Made by a program: the position numbers and the translations under genes. A stretch of DNA of 63,770 nt, the filler included, from Chiloscyllium plagiosum (lineage: Eukaryota): assembly GCF_004010195.1 (NCBI RefSeq). It is 4 parts of one record of this genome, joined end to end, with 100 filler letters (N's around TTAATTAATTAA, not from the genome) between each part and the next. Parts side by side here need not be neighbours in the genome. Positions count along the whole stretch, not along the records: positions 19,113 to 38,336 come from NC_057717.1; positions 38,437 to 60,851 come from NC_057717.1; 2 more parts are not named here. One strand, 5' to 3'. Positions within the stretch are counted from its first letter, which is position 1. Each line of letters opens with the position of its first letter. The notes under the pieces were generated by a model. The model saw only the letters and a program-made list of their open reading frames with translations, was not told the origin of the DNA and ran no database searches. Shown piece after piece: positions 36,690-50,594 of this stretch.

Positions 36690-36850
36690 CATGGCCAGTC
36701 CACTCTAAGCTGCACATTTTTGTACTCTGGGAGGAAACTGGAGCATTGGGAGGGAACCCACACAGATGCGTGGAGAATGTTCAAACTCACCTGAGGTTGG
36801 AATTGAAACAAGCTCCTTGGTGATGTGCGGCCGCAGTGCTAACCACATAT
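36690..36850 (-). mobile_element. HE1 SINE 5' fragment
   Basis: GGGAGGAAACTGGAGCA...GAGAATGTTCAAACTC...AGTGCTAACCAC is the reverse complement of the head at 61622. Confidence 0.75.
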
Positions 36851-37461
36851 CCATCAGACTTCTCAGTTAGTTCTGTTAATTACTTGTAGCTGACTGAAGA
36901 AATCCAACTGGCTTGTTCTGATAACTGAACCTGACCCAATCTTAGAACTTTAACATCGGCCATATCGCCAACCTGGTTACATTTACAATTTGTTGTGAGC
37001 AGTGGAGGAGTGGGACTAGAACTGGAAACAGTGACACCCTCCAACCTCAGTCAGAACCGGAGTGAAGAGAAATTCACAAAATGGGAATTCATTTAAGTGG
37101 GAATTTTCGCACCCAGAAGATTGGGAGGGCTGAATCTTCATATTGTATTGAGGCTGACTTTGTCTGATTTTCCATAGACTGGTAAATCAGGGATCATTGT
37201 GAGATCAGAGAAAAGTGCAGCTGGGAACACAATGAGATGAACCATTACCTTATTGACTGGTGGAATAGTATCAAAGTGCCGAATGGCCCAGTCGTGTCCG
37301 TCAGACCTATGTTCTGATGTTCCATTCAGCCCTTCGGTCCTGCTGTGCAGGAGCATATTGAGGCCCCTCCGATGGTTTGGTGTAGTTTGGCAAATGTATT
37401 TTAAAATCCAGGCTAGGTCAGGCAGTGACCCCACCCCCCCTCCCCCAATCCCTCTTTTCAG

Positions 37462-37550
37462 GCTTCTCCTCTCTGTAACTTCTGCTCCTGGTGTTGGTCA
37501 TGTTACAGGCCCAGATTCGCATTGAATACCGCCCCCATATCCCACACAAG
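37462..37550 (+). pseudogene. Candidate decayed exon of an unidentified gene
   Basis: Strong polypyrimidine acceptor CCCTCTTTTCAG|G and AAG|GT donor; reads FSSL*LLLLVLVMLQAQIRIEYRPHIPHK. Confidence 0.25.
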
Positions 37551-38436
37551 GTCAACTCAGACAAATCCTCTGCTGTCTCCGAATGTAACATTTTACATTA
37601 TGACTTCCAGGAAAATAATCAATTATTTTCCAAAAACATAAATAAGAACGTAAGAAATAGGAACCTACGCTGTCATTCAATAAGAACATGGTTGATCTAC
37701 TCCACGGCTCAACTCCACTTTCCTGCTCACCCCTTGCATCCCTCAATTCACGGAAATGTCACAAAACAATCCACCCGTCTGTAAATACAATCAGTGACCC
37801 AACCTCCACAACTCTCGGGGTTAAGAAATTCCAGCCATTCACTACCTTCTGAAAGAAGACATTTCTTTACATCTCAGTTTGAAATCGATATTCCTTATTC
37901 TGTATCTACATCCCTGACTTCGACACTCTGCCTGTTGTGGAACCATATTCTCAACACCGACCTTGTCAAGCCTCCTCTGCATCTTGTCCGTCTCAGTAAT
38001 GACACCCTCATTCATTTAAACCACAATGAGTAATCGCCTCAGCATTTTTGATGTATTCAATAATTCAATCCTTTCATCCCAAGAACCAGTCTATGAACCA
38101 ACATTTCTGTGTCAACACGCTGACGTTACGTTTCATATACAGGAACAGTCTAATCCGTTGTACTACTCCTATTTTGGGAGTCCTCTCCATTTCATAACAG
38201 CCTGCCTTTTGGTTGTCAGTGTCATCCTCAAATTCGAATGTATATTGCACTCAGCTCCCGCCGTCAGGAGCTGAGTGCAGCTCTTGTAAGCAGCTCTTGC
38301 CATCGGACTGATATTTGTGGTACTCCAGTAGGTACANNNNNNNNNNNNNNNNNNNNNNNNNNNNNNNNNNNNNNNNNNNNTTAATTAATTAANNNNNNNN
38401 NNNNNNNNNNNNNNNNNNNNNNNNNNNNNNNNNNNN

Positions 38437-39440
38437 AACCAGTTTTCCCCCATTCCCTGCTGTGTTCTTGCCTGCCTTGTCTTTTGAAATCACTCTCTTT
38501 AACTCGTGTATCAGCCTCAATCTTCTTTCTGGCCTTATGACTGTTTAAGGTCCAACACCCTGCCAGACTAGGTTATATCCTCTCAAGCAGCTCTAGCAAT
38601 TCACCCCACCAGGATGTGGGTCCCTCTCCTGCTCCCAGTTGAGGTGCCTTTCCCACCCTGTCTCCCTGTGCTGACACCTTAAGGGATCTATGGACTTGTC
38701 CACCAAGATCCCTGTATTCCTCAGTACTCCGCAAGGACCTACTTTTCATTATGTCTGTTCTTCGTTTATCGTACCTCCCACAGAGTACTACCTCACTTCG
38801 ATCAGAACTAAACTCTGCTGGGATTATCATGCGATTGACATCGGACTGCAGACGGAGACCATCCAGCTCACTGTGAACAACACCCTCACCTTTCATGTCA
38901 TCTGCAAAACAACTCTTGATACCTTCTGCTTTCACTTCAAAGTTACTATTTGACAGAATAAGCAGCAATGGTTCCTGCACAGACCCCTGTGGTACACCAG
39001 CTGGTGAAAGTATGCTATCCACCAATTTTACATCCAATTTGCGAACTTGCCGTGGAACCCAGTCCTTTTGGACCAGCCTTCCATGTTGGATCTTGTTTAA
39101 GGACTTATTCAAGTCCGTGTAAACCACATCATCTGCACTTCCCTCATCAATATACTTAATCACCATTTCAAAAAACCTGAACTGAATTCCTCTGCCAAAT
39201 CCGTGATGACTAAACCGAGTTGATCCTTACCTTTGCAAATGTTGATTCATCCTCACAATTGTTTCCAATAATATCCCTTCCCCTGCTGTCAGACTATCTG
39301 CTCTGTAATTACCTGGCCTATCCCCTTCTAAACTTCTTGAACAAAGGAGCCACATTAGCGATCCTCCAGTCATTCAGCACTTCACTCGAGGCCAGCAAAG
39401 TATTAAATATATCCACCAGGGCCCCAGCAATCTCTGGGTA
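38437..39440 (-). mobile_element. CR1 RT fragments (similar arrangement to 42490-43200)
   Basis: GVPQGSVQEPLL, CFADDMK, RDLGGQVHRSLK. Confidence 0.9.
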
Positions 39441-41640
39441 ATTAGCATGGGGTCAAAGAATACTGGTCTAGGCAGTGACACCCACATCCCATGAAAGAAT
39501 AAATAAAAATACGTATGTCCCTCCTTACCTCTGACACCTCATAGCTGCAGCAATCCTTACTGGCTTTGTAACACCGTTCAGGTCCTGACCACTCTCTGTA
39601 ACACTCTCACCACCTCCAGCATCTTCACCTCTCCCTGTTCCTATTGTGTCATTAAACCCTGACAATGATTCCCCTTCCCACTGCCCTCCCTCTGCTAGCA
39701 GACCCTTTACAATCCCTTCAAAATTTACTCCTAAAACACTCTCTCATTTCAGGATTTTAAGTACTTTGTGGTGATCTTCTCAGCCTGATAATCAAAGATG
39801 ATCCATTTTGTCCTGAGTGAGCGACCAGTGGGGATTTCTTGCTGAGGTTTGGTCTGTTTCAGCGGAATGTCCTTTTGAGTGTTTTACACTGTTCCTTCAA
39901 ATGTTTTCCACTGTTCATTTACAGACACATGTTTCAGTCTGTTTAGCCTGTTTACCTTGGTCAGTTCTCCTCTCAAACTCATGTAATTGTCTCTTTTTGT
40001 TTCTAGTTGTAGTTTGTCCATTCTGTGATTCACTTTAAAACTTTATATTTCTTTAAACTGCACTTTATTACAATTTCCCAGAGGATCTCTCCAAGTGACA
40101 TTACTCATTCACTAAGTGTCATCACACAACGGTCGCTCTGCGATAGTTGCACAATGTGTTATTCAAAGAAACACTGAAAAAAAAATTCTCCGAACTTATC
40201 TTCCAATATCACTCTCGTCAGTCTGATTGTCCCAGATTATGCGAATATTGACGTTTCCCAAAATTTTCATTGCGCCTTTATTAAAAAATCTATTGAATTC
40301 CTGCTTATTGCAGTGATGGGCAATGAAATACTGTTTGGTGGTCTAAAACTGTTCTGCTGCTTGTGTCCCTGGCAAGTAATAGCCAGAATTTACATTCAGA
40401 CTGACTCTACTTCATGATCTGAGACCAAATGCTTTCTCTGTAAGGCCTTTGTTATCCATTATTGTTAACGTTGCCCATTTTGCCTGAGTTTCCGCAAGGT
40501 TGTGAACCATTGAATATTTATGTTCCACCTTTTGTTCGCCCTGTAACCACAATTCCCTGGTGATAAATCTATTTTATCTCTGTGTCACAAATCCATCTAC
40601 CTAAATGCAGAGACTTTGTCCATTAAAATAAAACATAATTTAATATTTCCCACAATTTCCTGTCACAAATGGATTTGCTGATCTACAGTTTTAGTTAAAC
40701 TTTGTCCCATCTGTTCCTTTCTGTTGTCTTCAGTTACATTCCCCGTGCTGCTCTGATGCTTCACCTTTTCCGTTTGGATTTGGAAAGCTCCTTTCACCTG
40801 AATCCTGTCCCTGCATCCTCTCTGTCAGTTTAAAGCCCTGTCCATAAACCTACCGACGTGATTGGCTAGCGCACTGGTCCCAGCACAGTTCCAGTGGAAC
40901 AATCTGAATGGATTTTTTAAAAAATCAGGTATGGGATGAGGATGTCTCTGGCTGACTAGCCTTTATTGCCCATCCCTTGCTGCCCTTGAGCTAAGCAGCT
41001 GGCTCGCCCATTTCAGAGTGCAATTGAGAGGCAAGCACTTTGCTGTGGGTATGTCCTGCAGACCACGTGAGAGTGAACTGTTGTCTTTCTCTGAAGGTCA
41101 AGTGTTTGGATTTTTATCAATATTTATTTATGGATTGTTAATTACAATTTTTAAAACATATATTCATTTAAAATTCCACCATTTGAAATGGTGGTATTCA
41201 AACCTGCCTCCCCCGAACATTAGCTAAGGTTTGGGATACATGCTCTAGCAATAATACCACTAGGGCATCACTTCACCTGCTCACTGGTTGTTCATTCCTG
41301 ACCAGTTATACCAGTGCATCATGAAGCAAAACCCGTTCTTCCGACACAATTGTGCAATCCTGCCATCTTCCTGCACTCTAGTGATATCACTCAGTCTCTC
41401 TCCATGTGGTATCCTACCACATGAGGGTTTAATTGCTGCCTCTGTCTGCGCCTCTCACTTTTGCATTCTACTGCAGATCCTGAGCCAACAGAATTCTCCA
41501 CTCTAGAGTAACGCAGTAGCACGAGCCAAAGATGGAGACTGGGATTTTCCAGATCTCTGTGGAACTCAGTGCCATTCTCCACATGTAACCCTGACTGCAT
41601 CAGTCTATTTTCCCATTCTGTCTATCTCTCTATCCTGTAG

Positions 41641-41775
41641 GTACTCAGGAAGTTCCTGACTCAATAGACATCCCAACTGCTGGGTGTATCGTCCATCGCC
41701 ACATTGAAGATGGTCAGTCAGCCAGAGAGACAAAGGGCAGGGAGATCTGGAACCTTCGATAAATCCTGCAGTGAG
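41641..41775 (+). pseudogene. Candidate decayed exon, paralogue of 56435-56546
   Basis: TCTCTCTATCCTGTAG|GTA acceptor and GAG|GTAAGA donor; VLRKFLTQ*TSQLLGVSSIATLKMVSQPER. Confidence 0.45.
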
Positions 41776-42239
41776 GTAAGATCACTCACAGTGCACAGAG
41801 CAGAGGGCAATGAGAGGGCTCCAAACATCAGCTAACAAGACATGACATGGATATAGTGCTGGTGGGGGAGCACAGTACAGACATACCCCAGGCTCAGTCA
41901 CGACCCCGAATAAGTTTTGTTGTCCTAAGTCGGTACCGAGGGTGTCACAGTTATCAATCCAGGCTTGTGCTGTCTTAGTGAGCATCAGTACAACAGAGGG
42001 GAATGCAGGCTTCCCATGAGTGGGTTGTAATGCTGACTGGGAACGTTCTGTACTGTGCTGTCCCTCCACCACTGTACCTATGTCACGTCTTGTGGAGCAA
42101 ATATCTGACATCTCTCACATATCTGTTGCTCAAATTCCTGCTGACTGCTGAGGACCTGTCGTAGTCATATCTAACTGACGACACATTCTCATTTCTCAAT
42201 TGCACTATTACAGCTTCACTGAGTGATCGCCAGGAATAT

Positions 42240-43770
42240 CCTGTCTAAATTCTGCAGTGATATTTTCACTGATCAAAACATCCGCACCTCTTCCTCTTCC
42301 TCCTCAAATGCCTCTCCTTCTCTTCTTCCTGTAGTATCTGAACCCCAGAACATTAAGTTGCTTGGCCTATCATCCCTCAGCTGTACCTCTGTAATTCCAG
42401 TATTATCCCAGTCCCATGTTCCTATCTATGCCGTGCATTTATCTGCCTTTCCTGTCAGGCATTTTATATCAAAGTAAATGCAGCTTAATACACCAGTTTT
42501 CCCTCATCGCCTGCTGCGTTCTTGCCTGCCTTATCAATTGAAATGACTCTTTTGAAATTCTGATCCAGCCTCAACCTTCAGACCGCAGCCTGAGACCGTC
42601 CCCCTCACTGTGGACAACACCCTCACCTTTCATGTCATCTGCAAACCTACTGATGATACCTTCTGCTTTCACATCCAACTCATTAATGTACATAATAAAC
42701 AGCAACGTTTGCTGCACAGATCCCTGTGGTACACCCGCTGGGCAAAGGCTTTCAATCACAAAACCAAACCTCCACAAATTTTGGATCCAATTTGCCAACT
42801 TGCTTTGGATCCCATGGGCTCTTCCCTTTTGGATGAGCCCTCCATGTGGGACCTTGTCAAAAAACTTAATGAACTCCATAAAACCCACATCATCTGCCCT
42901 ACCCTCATCAATATTTTTAATTGTAATTTCAAAGAAAAATTAGTTGAATTCATCAGACAGGATCATCTCCTACCAAATCCATACTGAGTATCCCTAATCG
43001 ATCCCTACCTTTCCAATTATTGATCCAAATTGACCCTCACAATTGTTTCCAATAACTTCCCTCGCATTGATGTTGGGCTATACACTCTAAATACCTGGCC
43101 TATCCCTGCTGCCCTTCTTGAATTTCACCTGTGGCCAGCAAAGTATTAAATTTCTCGGCCAGGGCCCCAGCAATCTGCTCCCTTACCTTCCACAGCAGCC
43201 TGAGACACATTTCATTGGGCACTGAGGATTTCTCCACCTTTTTATGCCCGTGAAAACATTTAATACCTCCTCCTTATTGATCTTAATATGTTGTGGGACC
43301 ATACCATTCCACTTAAATCCCCGGCTACAATGTCTTTCTACTGTGTGAATACAGATGGGAAGTATTCATTGAAGACCTCACCTACTTCCTCTGGCTCCAT
43401 GTACCGATTGTCCCTTTGATTTCTAACAGGCCCCACTCTTTCCCCAGTAATCCACTTACTCGAACAAGCTGATAAAATACCTTGTGGCTTTTCCTCAATC
43501 ATATCTGCCAAATATATTTCTTGTCTATTGTTTGCCTTTCATTTTCGACAATCCTCTTTCACTCACTGAAATTTTGAAGAGCTTCACCTGTTTTTATTGC
43601 GCTGTACCTTCTTTATGAAACTCAATATCGTTGAATCAGTGTTTGCTGGACATGTGGCCTTTACTATTCACTCGACAGGAACACGCTGGCCCTGAATTCT
43701 CACTGTATCACTTTAAAATACTCCCACTTTCCCAATATAGATCCAACTGCAGGTTGGTCCTCACAGTCTC
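42240..43770 (-). mobile_element. CR1 ORF2 fragments
   Basis: FDKVPHG, GVPQGSV, FIMYINELD, SRFADDMK. Confidence 0.9.
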
Positions 43771-44034
43771 TGTCTAATGATACTGATAGGAGATACTGAT
43801 ACTATTGATACTGATAGGTGACTCTGTTGTTAGAGGAACAAGCAGGAGACTGTGTGGCTGAGAAGCGACCCCAGGATGGTCTGCTCCCTCCCGGGTACCA
43901 GGGTCAAGAATATCTCTGAACAGTTGCAGAACATTTTGAAGGGGGAGCATGAACAGCCAGAGGTCATTGTGCAATTGGTACACATACCATAGTTAAACAA
44001 AGGGATGGGGTCTTGTGAAATGTGCACAGGTAAT

Positions 44035-44235
44035 TCGATTGGATTAGATTCGCTACATTATAGAAACAGGCCCTTTGGCCCAACAAGTCCACACCGAGCC
44101 ACCAAAGAGTAACTCACCCAGACGCATTCCCCTCCCCTATATTTACCCTTGACTAATGCACCTGACACTATGGCCAATTCACCTAACCTGTACATCTTTG
44201 GATTTTGGGAGGAAACCGGAGCACCCGGAAGGGGG
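44035..44235 (-). mobile_element. HE1 SINE 3' part
   Basis: GATTAGATT tail, GAAACAGGCCCTTTGGCCCAACAAGTCCACACCGA and GGGAGGAAACCGGAGCACCCGGA; reverse complement of 61622-61927. Confidence 0.9.
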
Positions 44236-45124
44236 AAAATACATCAGCCATCGAGAGCAAGTTTTCTATTCAGGATATCCAGGGACACAGTCAAGGCAGA
44301 GAAAAGACTTCTGGTTTAAAGGCCATTTATTTCAACGCACGAGGCCTGACTGGTAAGGCAGATGGCTCAGAGCATGGATTAGCTCTGAGGACTGGGATAT
44401 TATAGTCATATCAGAAACATGGCTGAGAGAAGAGCAGGACTGGCAGCTCAGTGTTCCAGGATAAAGGAACTACAGGCGTGATAGAAGAACAGGTATGTGA
44501 GGGAGTGAAGAGGGAGATTTGTCCTTTTGATAAGGGAAGACATAGCCACAGTGTTCAGAGAGGATACTCTGAAGTGGTCATCAAATGAGGTCACATGGTT
44601 AGAAGTTAGAAAGAAGAAAGGGGGGTCACTTTGTTGGGACTGTATTGTAGACTGTTGTAGACCCAACAGATACCAGAGGAGCAGATGTGTAGAGAGATTA
44701 CAGATAACTATAGGAATAATAGAGGAGTATTGGTTGGAGATTTTAATTTTCCCTGTATTGACTGGACCAGCCAGAGTATAAAAGACGTGGAAGGAGAGCA
44801 ATTTTTCAAATGTGTCCATGAAAGGTTCCTAAATCAATATGCAGAGGGCCCTACTCTACTCAGGCAGGTGCAACACTGGACCTCCCCTCAGAAAACAAAG
44901 TCGGGCAAGTGACTGAAGTGTCATTCGGAGAGCACTTTGGGTCCAGTGCCCACAACTGTCTTCATTTTAACATAGTTATGGAAAAAGATCAGCAGGTCCA
45001 CATTGAAAAGGAAAACTGGAACAGGGCCAGGTTTGGGGCCATTCTGCAGGATCTGGCCAGCGTCAATGCTGTGAATTTAAAATTGCACAATGCCCAGCTA
45101 TAATCCAACCTGCTTTGTAAGCGC

Positions 45125-45360
45125 TAGTGATCACTGAAACAGATGAAAGGCTTAAACTAAATTTGTTTGATATTATATTCCATGACACTGCCATCCTGTT
45201 GCTATAAATTCTGTACCTTAGGATTGTGCTCCACAACCACCTGATGAGGAAGCAGTGCTCTGACAGCTAGTGCTTTCAAATAAACCGGTTGGACTGGAAC
45301 CGAGTGTTGGGTGATTTTTAACTTTGTCCACCCCCAGTCCGACACTGGCACCTCCACATT
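45125..45360 (+). mobile_element. Penelope terminal repeat (family A) with mutated hammerhead
   Basis: Homologous to 8670-8890; CTGATGA...GACAGCTAGTG at 45241-45272 (GAAA>GACA). Confidence 0.85.
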
Positions 45361-45569
45361 ATGATTCCAATCGATTGGGTGAGTCTGTTTGAAGGAAAAG
45401 GAACAACTGGCAAATGGGAGGCTTTTCAAAGTGTGATCTCAAGAATCCAGGACCAGTATGCCCTATTGGGATAAAGGGAAAAGCTGGCAGGTTTAGGGAT
45501 CCTTGGCTGATGAGGGATAATAAGGCTCTGGTCTTGAAATGAAGACTGCATGCACTGGGTTTAAGCTTT

Positions 45570-46390
45570 CCATATCTACATAAACTCTTCTATTGTTAAA
45601 GACACAATCAATCTATGCAGACCCCACAATCCCCTCAGTCTCTGTAACAGTCCCAATCTGCAGAAGTCATTCCAATGTCTGTGACTCTTCCAATCCAGTT
45701 CCTACAAGATCCTCTATCTATGTGATATCTTCCCATTGCCAGCACCCACCCTGTCAATGTAAGCTCCTCCAGTGTCTCCATCCATCTACTCATTTCCATA
45801 ATCTTCTCCAGCTCTTACATGTGTAAACATCACCCTCCCCTACAATCCTTCCCACTCTGACCAAACTGGAGGAGGTTACTAATGCTCCCTAATCTGTGAA
45901 ACTGTCTCCAACCAAAATTGGTGTCTTTATCACTTGGAAAATCTGCATGATTCCACACGTTCCATGTCTAAATAACCTGCAGAACCTAAGCCTTCCAGTA
46001 TCTATACATATCTTCAGACACGACTACCCTTCATATGTCTGTTTGTGGGTCTGTACAACCCACTTTATGTCTGTAATCTGCTCCATTCACCTGAAACATT
46101 CCTGTCTGTATAAAACACCCCATCCTACCAATGTTCTTATCCTTGTAAACTGATCCATCCCTCCCAACCTCCCCAGCTCCATGAAACCCCTGTAGGCCCT
46201 ACAGCTCTCCACGTTTCTGTAACCTCCTGTGGCTCTATGCTCCTCCCTGTGAAACCACCATCAGTCCCCACAACCCTCTGTCTCTGTTACCTCATACAAC
46301 CTTAGCAACGCCTCCTCTTTGTGTCTCTTCATTCAGAACCCATCCTCTCCAGCTTCCCGAAATCTCTTCCTGCCATCGTAACCCTCGCTA
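45570..46390 (+). repeat. Degenerate tandem array of a roughly 35-bp unit CCCTATCTCTGTAACCTCCTCCAGCCCCTACAA (also about 47080-47250, 50100-50570, 52200-52500, 56760-57580)
   Basis: Recurrent TATCTCTGTAA / CTCCAG / CTACAA motifs in C/T-rich tracts. Confidence 0.75.
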
Positions 46391-46392
46391 TT

Positions 46393-47070
46393 TAGAACAT
46401 AGAATAGGACAGCCCAGTACAAGCCCTTCAGCCCTTGATATTGTGCTGACCTTTTATCCTACTCTGAAGACTAAACTAACCTACATACCCTACATTATGC
46501 TATAATCGCTGTGCCTATGCAAGAGTTGCTTAGATGTCTGTAATGTGTCTGAATCTACTACCACGGCTGGCAGTCCATTCCACGCACCCACCACACTCTG
46601 TGTAAATAACGTACCTCTGATATCTAAGCTAAATCTTCCGCCAATTACCTTAAAAATATGTTCCCTTGTGATTGCCATTTTGCCATGGGGAAGTGTCTCT
46701 GGCTATCAACATGATCGATGCCTCTCATTATCTTGTACACCTCTATCATGTCGCCATTCTTCCTTGTTCACTCTGATCTGGAAAGCCCGAGCTTTCACAA
46801 CCTACCTTCAAGGGGCATGCCTTCCAGTCCAGGCAACATCTTGCTAAGTATCCTCTGTCCTGTCTTTAAAGCTTCCACATCCTTCCTATAATGAGGTGAA
46901 CAGAACTGTTCACAGTATTCCAAGTGTGGTGATAACTGGGGCTCTATCAAGCTGCAGCAAAACCCTGGATCTCTGAAACTCAAACCCAGCTAATGAAAGC
47001 CGACACACCATACGCCTTCTTAACACCCTCTCAACTTGAGTAGTAATTTCAGGGACACACTGTACGTGCA
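46393..47070 (-). mobile_element. CR1 3' end
   Basis: PHLEYCEQFCSPHYRKD, FTQSVVGAWNGLP; TAGAACATAGAA tail. Confidence 0.92.
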
Positions 47071-47504
47071 CCTTTAACCATGTAATTTTTTTTTCTGCAG
47101 AAACCTCCAATCTTAAATCATCCCTATCCTTGTAACTTCCTCCAGTCCCTACAACACTCATAAACTGTGAAACCTCCTCAAGTCCCTATATTCCTAATGC
47201 CTGCAAAATGCTCCACGCCCGATATCCCTCCCAAACTCTGTAAATGCCACCGGCCTCCAGCGCCCTTCTGGGGAACACTGCAGAGGAAGGAAGAGTTGTA
47301 GAGTCCGGGCCATGTGACAGAGGTAGGAAGGGCTGCAGAACCTGGAGGATGGTACAAACATGGGAAGGGACGTGGGTCCTGTAGGAGTGTAGAGGGAGCG
47401 GTTTTCATAGAGCCTACAAGATGGAACCAAGAATGGATTACGGAAACTGAAGGATGTTCTGATTTGAACCACAGATCATTTTTGATTGGAGCATTCAGCC
47501 CCTC

Positions 47505-48975
47505 TTAGAGTCAAAGAGATGTACAACATGGAAACAGACCCTTCGGTCCAACCCGTCCATGCCGACCAGGTATCCCAACCCAATCTAGTCCCACCTACCA
47601 GCATCTGACCCATATTCTTGCAAACCCTTCCTATTCAAAGACCCATCCAGATGCCTTTGTATCAGCCTCCACCACTTACTCTGGCAGCTCATTCCATACA
47701 CGTAGCACCCTTTGCGGGAAAAAGAATGCTCCTTAAGTCTTTTCTATATCTTTCCCCTCTAACCATAAATCTATGGCCTCCAGTTCTGGGCTGCCACATT
47801 GAAGGGTAAAGACTTTGTCTCTTTACCCTCTCCATGCCCCTCATGATTTTATAAACCTCTATAAGGTCACCCCTCATAATTTTGTAAACCTCTATAAGGT
47901 CACCCCTCAGCCTCAAGGCTCCGGGCAAAACAGCCCCAGCCTGTTCAACCTCTCTCTATAGCTCAACCCCTCCAATCCTGGCAACATCCTTGTAAATCTT
48001 TTCTGAACCCTTTCAAGTTTCACAACATCCTTCCGATAGGAAGGTCACCAGAATTGCACACAATATTCCAAAACTGACCTAACTAATGTCCTGTACAGCC
48101 ACAACATGACCTCCCAATTCCTGTACTCAATACTCTGACCAATAAAAGAAAGCATACCAAATGCCTTCTTCACTATCCTACCTACCTGTGACTCTGCTTT
48201 CAAGGAGTTATGAACCTGCACTCCAATTTCCCTATGTTCAGCAACACTCTGTCAGGCCTTACCATTAAGTGTATAAGACCAGCAAAGATTTGCTTTTGTA
48301 AAATGCAGCACCTCGCATTTATCTGAATTAATCTCCACCTGCCATTTCTCAGTCCATTGGCCCATCTGATCAAGATCCCATTGTAATTGGATGTAACCTC
48401 TTTCACTGAACACTACACCTCCAATTTTGTTGTCAACTCAACATTTACAAAATATATCTCTTATGCTCACATCCAAATTATTTATGTAAACATTGCAAAG
48501 TATTGGACCCAGCACCGATCCTTGTGGCACTCCACTGGTCACAGGCCTCCAGTTTGAAAACCAACCCTCGCCCACCAGCCTCTGTCTTTGAGCCAGTTCT
48601 GTACCAGTTGGCTAATTCTCCCTGTATTCCATTAGATCTAACCTTGCTAACCAGTCTCCCATGGGGAACCTTGTTGAATGCCTGACTAAAGTCCATATAG
48701 ATCACATCCACTGCTCTGCTCTCATCAATCCTCTATGTTACTTCTTCAAAAATCTCAATCAAGTTTGAGAGACATGATTTCTCACTCACAAAGCAATGTT
48801 GACTATCCCTAATCAGTCCTTGTCTTTCCAAATACATGTACATCCTGTCCCTTACGATTCCTCCAACAACTTGCCCACCGATGTCAGGCTCAACAGTCTA
48901 TAGTTTCCTGGATTTTCTTTACTGCCTTCCTTCAATAGTAGCAACACGATAGCCAACCTCCAGTCTTCTGGCTCT
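47505..48975 (-). mobile_element. CR1 RT to 3' end
   Basis: MDFSQAFNKVPHG, LRGDLIEVYKIM; terminal GGAAACAGACCCTTCGGTCCAAC. Confidence 0.92.
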
Positions 48976-49217
48976 GATGTCCTGTTTGTAGAGATCTTTA
49001 CCGGAATGTGTGAGCACAGCTTCAAATTGCCAGACTGTGAGATGTGAATTCCGATGTGAATCTATTTGCCTGTTCTGTCTGTGTGCCTGATACTGACCTA
49101 TTGGTGCTCTGGTAGAAAGCACTCTCCGTAACATCCAGATCTATGTTACTGACCAGAGCTCACCTCATCAAAGCCTTCATCTAGAATGTTCTTTATTTTA
49201 ACATTTTTAAATGGCAG

Positions 49218-49475
49218 GTTTGTGAGATGCAGGAATTGAGGAGTTGTCACTTTTGAAAAAATGAACCTTTTGTCATTGACGTTGACCCATGCAATGGGGA
49301 TTCGTGGATTCTGTTGTTCTCTGCAGACTGTCACTCAGAGGGTTGCATCACCAGGGAATCTTAGTGCAGATGGTCTTTGCCTGGAAAAGTGTGAATTTAC
49401 CAGTTTATGTCGGCTAGGACACAGTGTTGCTGGAGAATGTATAACTGTGTAAATACTTCACCGACTGGTTCAGGG
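49218..49475 (+). pseudogene. Candidate decayed 258-nt exon of an unidentified gene
   Basis: Acceptor TTTTAAATGGCAG|G and donor GGG|GTGAGT; length is a multiple of 3 but all three frames contain stops. Confidence 0.25.
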
Positions 49476-50594
49476 GTGAGTGCACTGGGCTCTGAGCACC
49501 ATTAACTGGGAAACCTCATGCTGTTTGTATGTGGTGCTTGGCACCAGACTGGGTGAGAGCAGCTCCCTGAGTAAATGACAGGTATGGAGCTTGGGATCCT
49601 CCTGCTGTGTTTGACCTTGTGCCATTTCGTTATCTCCCTCTGATGGGAGAGCGTGTCATGTTCTCCAGTCCCGACAATGTCCACTCCCTGTAAACCCTTC
49701 TTGCTGTTGAACATCTCCCTTCTCTCTCACTCCCTCCAGCCCTTCCAACCTGGCCTTCGTCTCATATCTCCTGCAGTCCCAAACAACCTTACTCTTTGTT
49801 ATTGCATTGCTTTCCTTTGACCTGTGTGGGAACAAACCTGAAGTGGGTTTGGGCCATTGGAAGAAAAAGACAACTCCCTCTTCTCCATCTTTGTCAGACT
49901 CTCGTTGTCTGCGTCTCTCCCATAAGGAGAAGGAAGCATCCTTTCAGCATCTACCCTGTCCATTCCCCTGAGGGTCTGTACATTTTAATGAGGAAGACTG
50001 TCGTCCTGATGACGCTCAGTGGCACAGCACCGAAGTGACATGTTTATGTTCTATACTTTTAGCGACCACGTCCTTTTGCTCGACCCCTCTATCATTCTGA
50101 AGCCTCCCCCAGTCTGGACAGTGCTCCAAACCACTAATTACTGAGAATTCTCCAACCCCCTATCTCTGTCAACTCCTCACATACCTACAATCCTCCTCTT
50201 CTGTGAGAACACCTCCGGCTTCTGCAGTCCATCCAAATTATTGCATCTCCTCCAGCCCTCACCATCTCCGTACGCTCCAGTCACTACATTTCTCCATGCA
50301 TCTGTAAACCCCTCCAGCCCCTCCAAATCTACCTATCTTTCTAAAGTCCAACAGTTCCAAAAACCATCCCTCTAAATGGAACTTCCACCAGAGACCACTG
50401 GCCACCATATCTCTGTAATCCCCTGCGCGTCTCTCTATCTCTGTTTCCAGCTTCACTCCCTATAACTCAACTTCCATGTACAACATCATCAAGTCCCTGC
50501 AATCCTCCCAAACCGTGGAACCTCCAAAAGACCTTACAATTCTATCTCGGTCTCTAACTGCCTGCAGTGATTTGAAACTTCGGTAATTAAAGTC

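Larger units (their letters stand above)
43810..45560 (+). mobile_element. CR1 5' part: ORF1 esterase-like region and ORF2 endonuclease, with nested HE1 SINE and PLE end
   Basis: IGDSVVRG...CSLPGTRVKNISEQL (ORF1); YFNARGL, DIIVISETWL, VGDFNFPCIDW, HFGSSAHN (endonuclease). Confidence 0.85.

Noticed and set aside
41785..41830. CACAGTG heptamers as V(D)J recombination signals (also near 684, 49420, 63492)
   Set aside because: No correctly spaced nonamer and no V or J coding segment seen.
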